The notes: generated from the letters alone by a model not told the origin. DNA of 64,000 bases from Camelus dromedarius (GCF_036321535.1 NC_087437.1:98210001-98274000); one strand, 5' to 3'. Counted from the first letter of the stretch, positions 27,275 to 41,526 are shown. Numbers and translations: made by a program.

Positions 27275-27545
27275 AACAGTAAAGAAAATGAACTCAGAAT
27301 CAGACCGCCTGAGTGCAAATCCTTCCTCTGCCACTGTAATGCAGTTGTAGGGAAACTGTTTAACCTCTTTGTGTCCCATTTTCCATAACTATAAAGTAAA
27401 AATAAAAATTAATTAAAAATTTTAAAAATGTTATTAAAATAAAATTTAAAAAATACTCTTTGTGGGTGTTTGGAAGATTAAATTAACTGACCTATGTAAA
27501 GTGCTTGGCAGAGAGCAGTGCCACCTAAGGACTTGCTATTATTAT
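27275..27545 (+). mobile_element. MIR SINE (a second MIR fragment lies at about 27640-27840)
   Basis: cagaccgcctgagtgcaaatccttcctctgccact...tttaacctctttgtgtcccattttcc. Confidence 0.7.
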
Positions 27546-30174
27546 TGCAGAGACTGAGCCTGGCCCTCCTTTATGAAATTTTCCCTTTATGGCAGTCTTA
27601 AAGCAAACCTCAGCGGCTGACTGCTTTCTTTGGGTGTAAGTTAAAAGCACAGACTTACCTTGAGGATAGTTTGCCTGGTTCGGATCTGTCACTTACGTCC
27701 CCAGCACCACGGAACACGTTACTTCACTTTCCTCACCTGTGAAATTGAGGTAGGAATGGTCCCTAAACATTTGTGCTTATAATTAAATGGGTTAATTTAT
27801 ACAAAGCACTCAGTCCATGCCAAGTGTACTCTCATTTTAGTTTATCAACATTAGCGCTAGATGAAATTAACCAGATAGCAATTCCTGTCATAGACCAGAG
27901 CAACTAGCGACAGAGCACCGAAACTGATGAAGCTCATGCCAGACACTGCTGGACCTTAGAGAGTTTGGTGAATTTTTAAATACTGTCTGTTCTCTTGCAA
28001 TTTATATTTAGGGTATAAGCCCTAATTTGAGTAGCTTTGGCCTGCGTATAGACATTATTTATTCTTCTTTTTCCATTTGTTTTAAGCTTGTTTAAAAAAA
28101 TATTATAAGAGCAATGCTTGAGAAACATGAATCTTAAATTTGTCACTTTAATTATAAGTTAAAGGATAAGATATAACCTCGGTGTAAAATACTTATTACC
28201 TCATGTCATGCAATTAAATATTTTTGGACCACTGTTTCCAAAGAACAGGGGGGAAATGTTGTACAAAACATATATCGATATTTATACAGTGTTTAAAAGT
28301 ACTTAAAACTTGTTGACTTCCTTTTGGCGAAGAGAATCTAACTTTCTTATTAATGATATGAAAACTAATTTCCCTAAGGTACAAAAATCAATAGAATTTA
28401 TAGATATTTGATAACAATTTGATGATCACTCTCTTCAAAATGTCTATATATGTGACATAAAGAAAACAACAATTAGATGTAAAATATGTAAAACAAAGCT
28501 CCTATTTTATTTGCATTTCAGAACCAGCACATTGACAATGCAATATTACTTTGCTGATATTATAACACAAACAAGAAATTTAGTCACACCTCTGATAAAA
28601 GAGATCATTTTGGATTTCTCTACTTATATAACTGGGAAAATTCAATACATAAAAGTAACAACATTTCCCATAATGGTGCTAATTACTGTACAGCATCCAT
28701 AACCTTTAGAGCACTGAGCTTAATTCAAACAAAAATAACAGATGGTGTCTCAGGAAAACAAGTTTTTATATTGCCTTTTTTTTTTTTCTCTTCATGTGCA
28801 ACTGTTAGGAGAGCCATGCTGGAAGTTTACTGAGACCCAATTCTATTTTGTTTTCTAGTTTGCATTCTGTATATTTCATTCCAATAACAATGAAACTAAA
28901 TTAATTTTAACTTAAAAATGAAAGATATTATACTGATTAAATATCATGTGGAAAACATTCTATTTATCTTGGCAAAAGTTCCACTCATTTGATACGATTA
29001 AAGAATAAGCTTTTGAAATGCATATTGTATTTCAGGTCATGATCTATTATTTCACGCTTTATACTTGGAAGTGGACCACTTTGGGAGAATTCAGACTAGA
29101 GCAAATGGAAATACTGGCTAGAGCTTGAAGCAAGTGACATCTTCTTACATCAATTTGTACCATTTTCTATAAACAAACAACAACAATAACAAAAAAAAAA
29201 AAAAACACAAAGCCTAGGTAAATCTGCAAAAATAATTGAAAGACTTGTAGGAAACACACAGACAGGATCTCTCAAGGGGATGACATCACAATTTGTAATA
29301 ATCTTGTTAAAATATATTCCTCCTGATTGTGACAACTTTACCTACTAAGTTTTGAAAAACCTATTGACTCAACTGTGGATTTTAGTCCTTAGCCTCAGAT
29401 GATACAGTAGACAATTTTTCAACAGAAGATCCTCTGAGTGGCTGTTGTCACCTGGAAGAAGACTAAATAGTCCTATTCCCAATCTAAATCTCAGCTCCAC
29501 AACAACCATCATTATGTAGTTCTATGAATCTGTCTTTACATTTACATTTTGGCTTTCATTTTTATTTCTCTACTTCTATGACTATGCACTTACTCCAACC
29601 AAAAGAATTGGAAATCAGTTTATTAAAGACTGAATTAAACAGCCCAATCCCTAAATTTTGGGTAAAAGACTGAAGTCAAATTTTACTGTATAATATATGG
29701 AACCCAATAATAAATAGCAAACCAACATAGGATGACCTACACTATGTGAGCATTATTTGTGTTAGCTACTACTGCCAAATTATCAACTCCCCATCCTACC
29801 AATAAAATAGCTGGATTCATTCGAATCATCAGTACCTTCTGGTACAAACTGTGTGAACTACTTGCCCTAATTTTGCCATTCTATAGCCAGTATTAGTGAT
29901 GTTCTAATCTGATTTACTGCAACATGGTCAATTTCAAAGAAAAAATTGACTAGTGATAGTTGTTCTTTAAGGCACAATCTCCAAAGCTGGTGCTATCTCT
30001 CTCAATTGATTTAGATTTAGTCCTACTTGAAAATGACCTGTCTAGATTCCCCCCTGCCTTGCTCTTGTGAGTCTCTGGTAAAACCAGTTCCTATCCTATG
30101 GTCTGACCAACAGGATTGCATTATAAATGAATTGATATCTTTCTAGGTCATTTGGACAGAGTCTAAACCACTCT

Positions 30175-30258
30175 TTTTTTCTAATAGAATGAAAGTAGAT
30201 TTATTCAGGAAGGTGCACACTCCACAGACAGAGTGTGAGCTGTCTCAGAAGGTGAGAG
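30175..30258 (-). mobile_element. Retroposed ERV1-LTR R-region fragment with poly(A) and TSD
   Basis: The - strand reads gctctcaccttctgagacagctcacactctgtctgtggagtgtg...AATAAA...A7. TSD ctaaaccactctt / ctagaccagtctt. Confidence 0.7.
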
Positions 30259-31094
30259 CTAGACCAGTCTTGAATTACATGATCTTTATTCTGTTAATGT
30301 CATGTTACACAGAAGTTCTAGTAGATAGCATAAGACCTAATGCAAATAAACCAAGATCTCATGTTAGCTGTCACCTTCCTTGATATTATTCTTAAAATCT
30401 CACAAATAAGTTCAGGAATTAGTTCATTCCTCATATCAGAATATATCGGGTCAGAATTTGGCCCATGTGATTAGACTGAAGATGAAATTTTCAGTAAACC
30501 ACGAAGTCTGTTTGGCAGTAGAAATGACATTTTTTCAAAATGAATCACATCACGAAAGCTATTGGTCCACTTTCTCCACATCAGTATAAATCCTTGCTGA
30601 GTCCAGAGATTTATGTTTTCAGTCTGGCCTTCCTTTTCATTGCTGGAGAGCTTTAATTTCTTTTCATTACTTGAGATTCTCTCATTTTCTTTCCCTGCTT
30701 CCAATGCTCTGCATATATTACACACCTGTATTTGTCTTTGATAACAGAAAAAAAGACTCATCACTTTTGATGCTCACTCAACGTATCTTCATTATCTTGG
30801 GAATATCTTCACCAAAATATATTAAAATGTCACTAGAGAAAAATGATCCATATAGAATGTATGAATATTGCTGGAATAGATCTGTATCTCTATCTCATTA
30901 GTCAGCATGCAGCCTTCTGGCTGAATGCCTACATTTCAAGCCCAGCAAAAAAACAAACAACAAATAGATTTGAGAACATCAGGCACAAATAGAAAGGGTC
31001 CTTTTCTGTGCTAATGTTCCATCAGTTATTTATCTGTTTACATCTTTTCCTTAGTCATTTTTTTTTTTTTGCATCAGAGTCAAGCAAATTTCAT

Positions 31095-31440
31095 TTGTTC
31101 CTTCACTCCACAAATATTTATTGTGTACCTTCTACGTGCCAGGAGCTGCTATAGGCATCGGGAACAAAAAACAAACAAACCCAGTAAAGTCCCTGATCTC
31201 ATAAAGTTTACATTTTAGCAGAAAATGAGAGGCAATAAACAAATAAACATGCAGTCTGTCAAATAGGTGGTAAGAGCTAAGGAGAAAAAAAAAATAGTTA
31301 AGACAGGGCAAAAGCTAGAAAGTGTCCTGGGGACAGTGGGGATGCTACATTATCTAGGTGATATTTGCATGAAGACTTAAAGAAAAATAAAGAAGCTGGT
31401 CACATGAGTATCTAGAGAAAGAGTGTGTCCCTGGCAGAAA
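31095..31440 (-). mobile_element. L2 3' fragment
   Basis: caaatatttattgtgtaccttctacgtgccaggagctgctataggc...gtccctgatctcataaagtttacattttag. Confidence 0.75.
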
Positions 31441-33620
31441 ATGAAATGTACAGTAAACTCCTTCATAATATGAACTGATCAAGACTGGCTTGGATAAATC
31501 AACTTCCAAGTAATGAACAGATCAGAATTAAAAATTATTTAAAATATCATATGCTATTTTATTTTTTAAAGAAATTTTGCAAAATTCCTCCAAAGATATT
31601 TTCCGCTTAGCTTATATTCATACTTTCTAAACTCTTACATGTTTATATTATAACATTGATAACTCTAAACTTCAGCTCTTTAAGGTTATTTTACATCTTT
31701 CAATGAATGGAAGGTAAAATAAGGTTTTTGTAGTTGTACTGTGTAGTTGTTTGGTTACTTGCTAAAAACAAATTTTCTGCAAGTTTCCAGACTGTGGGAG
31801 TATAGGGAGCATGAGGAGGATCACCAGATGTCCTCCTTCTCATCGGAGAGCTTGGCTCTCAAGTGACACGTGTGTATTTTTAGTATAGACTGCTGCTTTC
31901 CATAGTCATAGGAATGTTCTCAAAACAAGATGCTGTGATCTTTGAAAGTGAATGCAAATCCGTATCCTCCCAGGCAGTTTCCAAAGGCAATCTGATAAAT
32001 GCATCTCGATGTTCGTACATAAACAGCGAAAGCAAGAGGGAAAAAGTCCTCACCACACGGAGCAGAGCGCCAGAGGGAGGGAGCCCAAGCTGTGTTATTC
32101 TCAGAAGAGGGACGAAATGCCTGCTTTTTATTCCTTTTCTTTAGTGTCCGTACCCAGTAAATGATTCAGTTCATGTCAGCACTTAGACAATAAACATTGT
32201 ACTCCTTTCTTCTCTGTCCACGAGACCAGCAGGAAGATGAGGGGGAAAGGGTTCTAGAGGCTCACAGATACCTTAATTCAAACCAGTAGAGAAAGTGAGA
32301 GAGAACACTTTCATCTCTGGGTTTAAGCTGCTTTTTAACCTGACCAAGTCTCAACTTCAAAATTGATTTTTCTCTAAAAATAAATAACTTATTTGGAGGA
32401 ACAGGAGATGAATTTACACCCTGTAGAAATGATTTAGGATGCCGATTCTCCAAGGTTTAGCCTGAGACTAGGAAATATTGGTCAAGAATAATAAGAAAAT
32501 TCTCACCCACGATAATGTGAGTAGTTTAAAGCTTTGTTTTTGTATTTTGTCTTTATTCTCAGCACTTCTTTATAAAGAGCTTAGTAGTCACTCTTTGTCC
32601 TTTATCGTCTCAATATTTACATGTATAAAATAGTGAAGGGAGAAATCATCATTTTTTAATGACTGAAACAAAGAAGGTTTAGATAATATTTTAAGGAGCT
32701 AAGTGGATTATTGAAGCAATTAGACGAATAGTCCCTGCAAAAATTCACAGGTGTAGCTGAAGTGAACATTGTTTTGTGAGTTATACTTTGTGCCTACATA
32801 TTTCAGATAATCACCTTGATTTTCTCTTTACTCTTCGTGAGAGACACCGGCTAAGTAATTTGTGTAACATATATTATCTATATGCTGCTTTCAGTACCAT
32901 CGTCTGTTTAATCAACATTTATGCTTAGTTGACTTTTCTCAATTAAAAAAGGAAGATTAACTTAGCCATTAATTTACGATCTAAAAGTATAAGCTTCCAC
33001 CTTGCCAAACAAGTAACTAGTGCTTGCAAATGACTGTGTGGTTCCATTTGACTGATTTTTAGTGACAGCATGGCATAACGACCTTAAAAGGGATAACATA
33101 GTACAAATGCAGTGTAAATATATATCAGATAGCATTAAGTGAAAAAGTAGAATATGCTATTACATCTCTGCTACAATTAAAACTGTTCAAAGTAAGACGA
33201 GGAATGAATGAGAACAGGGAGAAGATATAATGGGTTAGCTTACTGCCATCATAAAAAGTTGAATTCAGCTAGATTTGAATTCAACTGAAATTTAATGAAG
33301 CCCTGCTATGTACCAATCACTATGCGAAGTTCTTTCATTCTTTTTTAATCTCTTTATCATCCATCAATAGTACTATTATCCTCATTTTACATGAGAAAAA
33401 ATAAATACATTTCAAAGAAAAGACTCTAGAATATACAACTTTATGAAAAACAAGAATGTAAACCAGGGTTTCTGGTGTCTTTCATGTTTTTCCTACAGTA
33501 AATAATGGTTTAAAAATAAATAAATATAAGTTAAAAAACCTAACCAGTTCAACTATCTAGTGGTTTAAAAAATTGACACTATGTGCTATAAGTGATACAT
33601 GAGGCCTCACTGTCATTAGG

Positions 33621-34163
33621 TGTGAGGCTTCAGGAATGATGTCTTGCATTATGGAGCAGGACAGTCATGGAAGTTCACGTGAAAGTTGCAGTGGAACTAC
33701 GGAAAGAGATTCAGAACAAACCTCTGTGAAGAACCTTTCTTCGGAACCCCTCTTATCTGCCTTAAGGCAGAGCCTCCTAAAAGAATTCAACTGGCATAAA
33801 TCCCTTCTCCAGGGGATTTTTATGGCCGTAAAGAAGATGGAAAAAGACCATTTGCACCTGTATAAACAAACATTATTACAAACTTTATCTCCTGCTTGTT
33901 CCACTAAGAACCCATTTGTTTTTTTCTTAAAGAAACCTATTTTTCCCAGAACCCTTTTCTTGCCCCTCCTTTTCCACTTTTAAGTTAGATGTCTAAGCCC
34001 CTAATTTAAGCTGTTTAATGAGCCTCTTCATTTCTGTGCTCCCATATTCATAAAAATAAACTTACTTTTTTCCCTTGCTAATTTGTCTTTTTTGTCATTT
34101 TAATTTGCTGACCCCCGGTCCATTAATAGACATGGGCAGAGGAAAAGTTTTTCCTCCCCAAAA
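33621..34163 (+). mobile_element. 5' LTR of an ERV1 provirus (MER34/LTR39-like)
   Basis: cttatctgccttaaggcagagcctcc, AATAAA near 34055, end gaaaagtttttcctcccc directly followed by a PBS. Left boundary approximate. Confidence 0.8.
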
Positions 34164-34166
34164 GTC

Positions 34167-34184
34167 TGGTGATGAGGATGGGAT
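34167..34184 (+). other. Retroviral primer-binding site, tRNA-Ser(GCT)
   Basis: TGGTGATGAGGATGGGAT vs TGGCGACGAGGATGGGAT (complement of the tRNA-Ser-GCT 3' 18 nt including CCA). The only differences are two CpG-to-TpG changes. Confidence 0.8.
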
Positions 34185-35490
34185 GGTTGGGACGCATCAA
34201 CACTCTGGAGGCTGCAGCTAAGATCTTGGGACCTCTGACCCAGCTGGAAAAGATATATTTTCTTACCAGTCAGACTCCTGGATCTCTGCTCAGGGTCCAG
34301 TCAAGCAAGGGTAGTAAGAGCCTCTCCTTGTCTTTTCTTTCCAAAATTTAGATTAGCAGGAGAAAAGAGTTGGAGGACTAGTTCTTTGGGTATTTTGCTT
34401 TTGGTTTGAGTACTCTTGTTATAGATCCTTTTCCTCCTGGAGAGAGCTGTTGTGTTCTGTTTGCCTCATTTTGTCCTGAGAGCTTGGCTTGCATCTAGCG
34501 AGAGCATTCTGTCTAGTTTTCCACCTGCTGAATCTATGGCATAAGGTGGTCACCATCAGACTGGGAAGCCCTGAGAATTTGTAGTTGGCTGGAAAGAAAT
34601 GTAGGTAACCTGGGCATCCCATTTGCAGTTGGTGTCCTACAGACCATTGCCAGCTCTCGAGTTTCTCTAAGTCTCTTCCTTCTCTAGGGCTATCTTTGGG
34701 AAGTGACTTTGGATCATGGGGGCTACATCTTTTGCATCCTCTTAGCAGATACCTTTGGGTCCATGGTTAATCTTACTGGTTTTCAGTAACATTTTGGAAC
34801 AGTTGTACCTTTGGAGACCCTAAATCAACAATGGCCAGATGACACATCCTTTGATTTGGAAAAGCTTTCATATTTAAAAGGATTTTGCAGAGAGCAGAGA
34901 GCTCTCATGCTAAATAAATGTCCAATTGGTACCTATGGGAGGATCAAATTGAATGAAGGACAAAAGTATCATGGCTAGCCTCAAACACTACCTTGACAAT
35001 ATTAAAGAGCAGAAATCAGATATAGAACAAAAATTCAAATCCAAATCCACAATAAACCCTTCCATTCATAGTTACACTGTACTTATGCAACAAGCCAGAT
35101 GACCCCTGCGAAAAAATCCTCCCTGCTGAGATAACAAATGGTCAGACCCTTTTCCAGGCCTTTCTATAAATGACCATAAGTTGGCCTAATTGGAGCCTGA
35201 TATTCAGGGCTTGATAGGAGCTATTTTATGTCTCCCCTACAAATGTTAATTGGGCTAAAATAGAACTATGTACTCAGAGGAGGAAATATATCCTAAAGAT
35301 ACAAATGATTTATACAAACATCCCAAAGGCACCACTACCACATCTACACAGGTGCAAATCCCACTGGGTGTGCCATCTCATAAGGTTGGAAGACAGACCA
35401 TCTCACCGATAAGCCAAGAAGTAGCTCCGAGTGGTGCAATTTGAAAAAAATTCTAAGGTGCTTTCCTCCAAAGTTTACCCCTACATTTGC
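34185..35490 (+). mobile_element. ERV1 internal leader and decayed gag-like region; no pol, env or 3' LTR seen
   Basis: Follows the PBS. QWPDDTSFDL near 34829-34858 resembles the gag matrix WP..GSF motif. Right boundary approximate. Confidence 0.6.
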
Positions 35491-35709
35491 TTTCCAGCCT
35501 CAGTGTTAAGCCTCTCTTTGGGATCAAAAATGTATCTTCAGATTAAATGACGGTGTAAACGTGAAAACATCCAACCCAGCGCTAGTCACACAGCACATCC
35601 TCAGTAAGTGTTTACTGAACAAATGAGATATGTTTCCAAATAAATGCCCTAAATAGTCACTGACAGAGTCCCTATTTTATGACCACTTCATAAAAAATGT
35701 TGACTGTAC

Positions 35710-37400
35710 AATTCTCTTCCCCACTCTTTTAACAGTGTGGAGGAGTTCAAGCTCTGTCATCACACTTCCTACTTGTCCTGCTCTATTGCCTCGTAACACT
35801 TGCTCCATCAATAATCCTATATTTATCTTGTATTTTCAATCACTTGTTCTACACTGGCTTTTTCTCTCAGGCCATAATTATGGTCAAGTCTCTCACATAC
35901 TAAAATGATCCACACTTGGCCTGCCTGATCTTTTAATGACTACCATATTTTTATCTTTCAGGTCAAAGTATTGTCTAAAGAAGAGTCTGTAGGCAGAATC
36001 CTCCTTCTCTGCACAAGCCTCTATTCAAACATTTTAATCTGGTTTCTGCTTTATAACTACCAAAAAAAAAAAAATGTGGCAATAAAGATCATCACAAACT
36101 TCTTAGTTGTTAGTTTCAGAAGTCTCTGGTCAAAAGTCATATTTTATTTCTTTGTTATTTTTGTTTAATGACACCCACCTTTCTAAAACTCACTTACCTT
36201 TGATTACACAAAATCCTGACCTTCATTTCCCAATCTGTGCTTCTGGCTTTCTTTTCTCCTTTCACCCCTTAAGTATTCGTGCTTCTCATGGTTCTTTGCT
36301 TGACCACCTTCTCTTCTCAGTCTGCATGCCTTTCTTGGTGATCTCAACCATCTTTACAGTTTTAATTTCACCTGTGATCCCAAATATTTCTCCCCAACTC
36401 TAGCCACTCTCCTGACTTTCTATAAAATATTTACAACTGATTCTTGACAGAAGCTCCATAGAAACTTCAGACTCAGTATGTTCAGTATGGACCATATATC
36501 CACATATTCTCATCTACTAGGAATTCTTATGCCCATAACCAAACAGCTCCCTAGATTTGTCCATTCTAAGTCATAAATATGTCTTGAATATGTCTCTTCC
36601 CTTCAATCTGCACCATTTTCCCTTAGAACTTGTCTTGGATAATTATGATGCCCTAAAATTCATTCTTTTGGTTCCTCAAATCATCCCTCTCCCTGACATG
36701 CCTCTCTGTTACCCATAGGAAAAAAAATGCAAAATCCTTAGCTTAGTAAACTCAGACTTCTTCTATTCTCCTGCCATTGCCCCACAATTCATTTATTCAA
36801 AAATTTATTATAATTACTTAATTTTTTTACATATAATGACTAATACGACTAGTCAACGAACTTGTAAAATTTACAACCTAGTAGTGAAGAAAGACAAGTA
36901 AAATTTTTTAAAGTTTGAAAAAGTGGTAGAGACTATGTGTTTAAGGTATATATTCAGCACAGGAGGAGCATGAGAGAAGGAGTAGGTAATTCTTCTGAGT
37001 GATACATATTAGGAGAATATTCAGAGACAAAACGAGGCCATACCTGAATCTTGAAGAGCAGGATGGTGAAAGAGAGAGAGTCTGGGGAAGCCCAGTGCTC
37101 TAGAGAAACCGGATTACTTGAAGTTCTTGTGTGTTCGGTGCTCTTTCATACTTACTGTAACTACACATATTGCTCCTACGTCTCCTCTCTCAGAGACCTA
37201 ATTCACTTTTTCTGAACCATCTCAAATGTCACTAGCATGTGAACCTTTTTATGACCCTCCCAAAGACCGAACCCCTTCCTTCTCTGTGATCCATCGCTTG
37301 CTCAGACCTGTACTCTGCATTGTGCTTATTTGCTCCCCCTTCTGTTATTTGTAGGTAGGAGTTATGCACGTTTCATCTTTGCATCCTGATTTCTGGCAGA
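35710..37400. mobile_element. Cluster of L2 fragments (mostly +, with a - strand piece at about 36785-37095)
   Basis: Pyrimidine-rich L2-like text (ttggtgatctcaaccatc...cccaaatatttctcccc); attcatttattcaaaaatttatt head of the - strand piece. Confidence 0.55.
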
Positions 37401-38650
37401 GAACAACCACAGTTTCTATTATTATCTATTGAATGCCTATAATTTACCATGTGCTTTTGATGTACATTATCTCCAATTTTCACCAAAAATCCTCAAGTGT
37501 AGATCTTTAAAATTTTAGGCATATCTTTTTCCCCAAACTATTTTTTTAAACATATTTTCCCTTTAAATCGTTTGAACCTTGTCACAGACATAAAGAATAA
37601 CCTAGGCTGGTAGGGGAGAAGACTAAAAAAATCAATTTATTTCATAACATAAATATAGATTTATTATGGCCAACTAATGACACTATAATATTGGCACGAA
37701 AGTGCACACTTTATAAATAAATGAAAATCAGAGTGAATTACTTCCAGTGCTATATGTTTTGAAAACCTGGTCCTTAAAGGCAAGTCAGCATCAGAAGAAA
37801 GAAATACTCATTTAAGTATTATTAATCCTATCTCCTATATCCAAGACCAAAAAGAAGAATAATTGATGTAATTATTAATCATTTAGATTAAAATAAAGAA
37901 AATAAGATACATGCTTAATAAAAGGAAATCCTATTAAATATCAAACTATTAGAAGAGAAGACAATCTGAATCTACACTTTTCAATCCAAACACAATTGCC
38001 ATAAGAAAGGTATAATATAGTAAAAAGCTCTATATTTTAGATCCAAAAGCTTGAGTTATAGTTGAAACTCCTGACTCATATGATGTTGCCCTTCTGTATA
38101 GTCCAGAGTAACATTTCCTCCAATTCCAAAGTTTAAGATTTTATTTCCAATTATTTCTAGTAGGTCAAGAATTAAAACAATGTAGTTGTTATACAGGAAA
38201 GACAATCTTTTGAATTGCAACTTGAAATCAGTTGGAAACTAGTCCAGTCTCTAGAAGACAGTTGTAATGTGCTTCACAAACCCCTTAAGCATCATATGCA
38301 ACTACAAATTCAGCACACTAAATGAAGCTTTCTCATTGCACAAGAGAATAAATTCACATGACTGAGAATTTCTGCAATGCAATATATAGTTTATCCTTGA
38401 CAAAATCTTTAATCTGAAATATAATACTAACCAAAATGATTCCAGGCAACATTGTTTACTGTGCTGTCTGGAAGTATCTGGTAAGATATGATTAGTTAGA
38501 ATTAGGGTGTTTGGGCTTTTACACAAATGAGGACTAGAATTCTCAACTCTAAAATCTGAGGAGGTTAGTAGTTTTATAAAGTTGGGGAAAATGTAAATCC
38601 CAGCCTCAGTTTTCTCACCTCTGAAATGGGAAGTCTCAAATGAGACATTC

Positions 38651-39105
38651 TGCATCAATCTGCTATTGCTGCATAACAAACTACCTCAAACTTAATGGCT
38701 GAAGACAGCAGCCATTTCTTTCTTTCTTTCAACCAATGGGTTGGCTGATCTCAGTGAGGTTCACTCTTGTGTTTACTGTCAGCTAACTGGTCAGTTGTGT
38801 TTAGCTGATCTTGATGGTATCACTGGGATAACTCAGTTGTCCTTCCTTGATCTTTCATTGAACTCCTCGTCTGTCTCTCCTGCAGGCTAGCCAGGCATGT
38901 TTTAATGGCAGTGGCGGGGGTTCACAAAAGGGAGCAGAAATGCAGAAGGGTGTTTCAAGTTTCTGCTTGCATCAAATTGGCTGTTAAGCCCATTGGCCAA
39001 ACAAGTCACAAAGCCAAGTTAGAATCAGGGTGGAAAGTTGCTACCAAAGGGCATGGAACGTTTGTTCATGGAAAATTGGAGCCATTAATAGAATCAATTT
39101 ATCAT
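38651..39105 (-). mobile_element. MLT1 (H-like) MaLR LTR
   Basis: gctattgctgcataacaaactacctcaaacttaatggct...cccattggccaaacaagtcacaaagccaag. Confidence 0.8.
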
Positions 39106-41511
39106 AATCTCTAAGGTTTTTTTTCAGGATAAAATTGATTGAGTATAGGATTGGAGATTTTATATTTGTTAAAGAGGTTCCCAGCACAGAATTCTGGGAA
39201 ATATACTGAGAGTGAAGAGAGAACACAGAAGAAAGAGAACCAGCTACTTCTTCGGTGACAATAAGGCTCTATATGATTGCATATAAATAACGTATACATG
39301 AAAAAAGTTAGACATATTTTAATTAAAAGTTTGTGCCATACAACTGACTGATCTAACTTTTATTCATGTTCCTCTTAATATTTTTCTATCAAAGGTTTTC
39401 AAAACAATATAATAACCAGACAAGAAAAATTCAAAGGATAACCAAGCTCAATGAATGCATGACTTCATACATTAACTTTCATTTCTTATTCCCATCCACA
39501 GAAGAAAAATAAATTTTAAAAAGGGGAAAGTGATAGAGTATTTTTTTTTAAAAGAAAGGCCATTAGGAGTTTTATTTTTGCACATTTCCTTTAATGTTCA
39601 TCAGAGGCTCCTTTACAGTATCAAAAGGCATCTTTTCCTGGGGAAAGTTGTACTGATAGATACTGAAGAGTAATTTGGACCAAGTACGTAGCACTGCTAA
39701 GTCATTCCCAGGAATTGTTTTAAACCACAACTAGATAAAAGAAGTCTTCCCTTATTGACCCTTCGTTTAGGGCCAGAGAGGGAATCCATTAAATTTCAGG
39801 CTCAAATTATACCCACAGACAGTCTTAAAATCTAAGGTTATAAGTCAAAATCTTGGCCACTGGTTAAATCATCCAGTAATAAAAATGCATGTCTTCCCTG
39901 TTTTGAAGGCTAACCCTGAGAACTAAGGTATGGTAGAGGACAAAGCCATGCAAGCACATATAAATCACAGTTATGTTTTAGTAATAGTTGTGATATCTCT
40001 GCTTCCAACCCCTCTCTCTTCTCTTCCTCTCAGGTAGATCCCAAGACTTACACACTTACAGTGGCGTTTACACTTTACCCGTGCAAATGGTGTAAGCCAA
40101 TGTTCAACTCTATACTCCTAATTTTCTAAAAATCTCTTGATTGGGTGAAAAGCTGTGACCAATTTTATTGATGCCTGAAAAGTTAACTGAAGCAACAACC
40201 AAGATGAGAAAAGTTAACCAAATCAAGCAATTTGACAGGATGAGAAATCTCACAGTTTAGCTTCATTTATCTAATTAATATCCTGGGGGTCACAGTGGGG
40301 AAAAAAGGGAATGGTCAATCTATAGTGAGCCTTTGCATGTTCAAAATTTCTTGAAGATTCATATTTTATCTTAAACAAATCATTTGAATTTTATATTCTA
40401 CTTCATAACATGGTACTATTAGATTAGCATGAAAGTATTTGAAAATTTTGACAGTTAAATTACTTATCTTTTTTTTATTCTAAATCCTCATATAAACAGG
40501 CACAGTAGGAGGAAGCTACAGACTCATCCTGGAGTCTCAGTGACCTATGTCCCACGGCCACACATCCCAGCTTGGGAAACATGACTCTAAGTCAGTCTGT
40601 TCTGTATCATCTATATCACCCTGACCATCAAAGTTTCATTTTCTCAAAGTTAAAACAAAATCCTAACATAATTTTGTGTATCGGGTATTGAACCTGGAAT
40701 TACTGACCTCAGAATCCCTGTAGATATCTTGCTTGCCTCCTCTGTCAGGATCCAATTTTTATTTGAAAAATTGTATGAGGTTAGTTTCAATTTACCTTCA
40801 GATATCACTCGGATGACACAAAATGCCACAATGTTGCCTTCCAATTCACTATCCGGTGAATTGTTATGCACTGTTGTTAGAGTTATTGAGATTACACTTA
40901 TGAAATTGGCCCCAAAAAGGTAAAGAAAAGGTAAAACTTGATGCCAATCAAACAGGACGGCGGGATGGTTTGGAGCTATGTTCCAAGATGGGTCAGAATC
41001 TGCCAGTTGGTTCTGGAGGCCTTTCACAATCTCAGATCCCTGAGAAAACATAATACTTTTTAAAAATGTCACATTATATGGCCATTCATTAACTTTTCTA
41101 CTACTATTCAAGCCTGTCATTTCAGAAAGTCCTTCTCAAATGGTTCAGGGTGAAACCAGGTTTCTGTAACTACCATTTAAATCATCAAACCAATGTATAC
41201 TTCTTTGCTCTTGATTTAATTTTAATTTACATTTGGTGGGAAGCGTGTCATCCAAATCCTCCCACCTCGCCAGGCAGTTTTCAAAGACGGAATTTTAGCT
41301 GGGGTCGGGGCAGAAGCAGAAGTGGTCAACCCAGGCAGCAGGGGCACGTGTTACAGGTCTGGAGAGAGAAGAGTGGTGAGAAAGGAAGTAAGAGAGGAGA
41401 ATAAACTGAAGAGAAGAAGAGCATGTTTTGTTTAGATTTTATTTCTTATTTTAAAAGCTAAAGAGTAAAAGATATTTTCAGCTTAGGGTTTAAAGGAGAA
41501 AACTAAAAGAA

Positions 41512-41526
41512 GCCCCCTGCTGGCCA
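41512..41526 (-). promoter_or_regulatory. CTCF motif
   Basis: The - strand reads TGGCCAGCAGGGGGC, matching the CTCF core; motif only. Confidence 0.55.

Noticed and set aside
30471..30764. 97-aa ORF with repeated SSNEK
   Set aside because: It is explained by a small local duplication and shows no coding hallmarks.
32066..32086. CTCF-like gcgccagagggagg
   Set aside because: It has mismatches at key core positions and is much weaker than the 41.5 and 43.0 kb sites.
40650..41120. 156-aa - strand ORF in non-repeat DNA
   Set aside because: No recognisable domain or splice context. About one ORF of this size is plausible by chance across six frames of 64 kb. BLASTp or PhyloCSF would be needed to rescue it.
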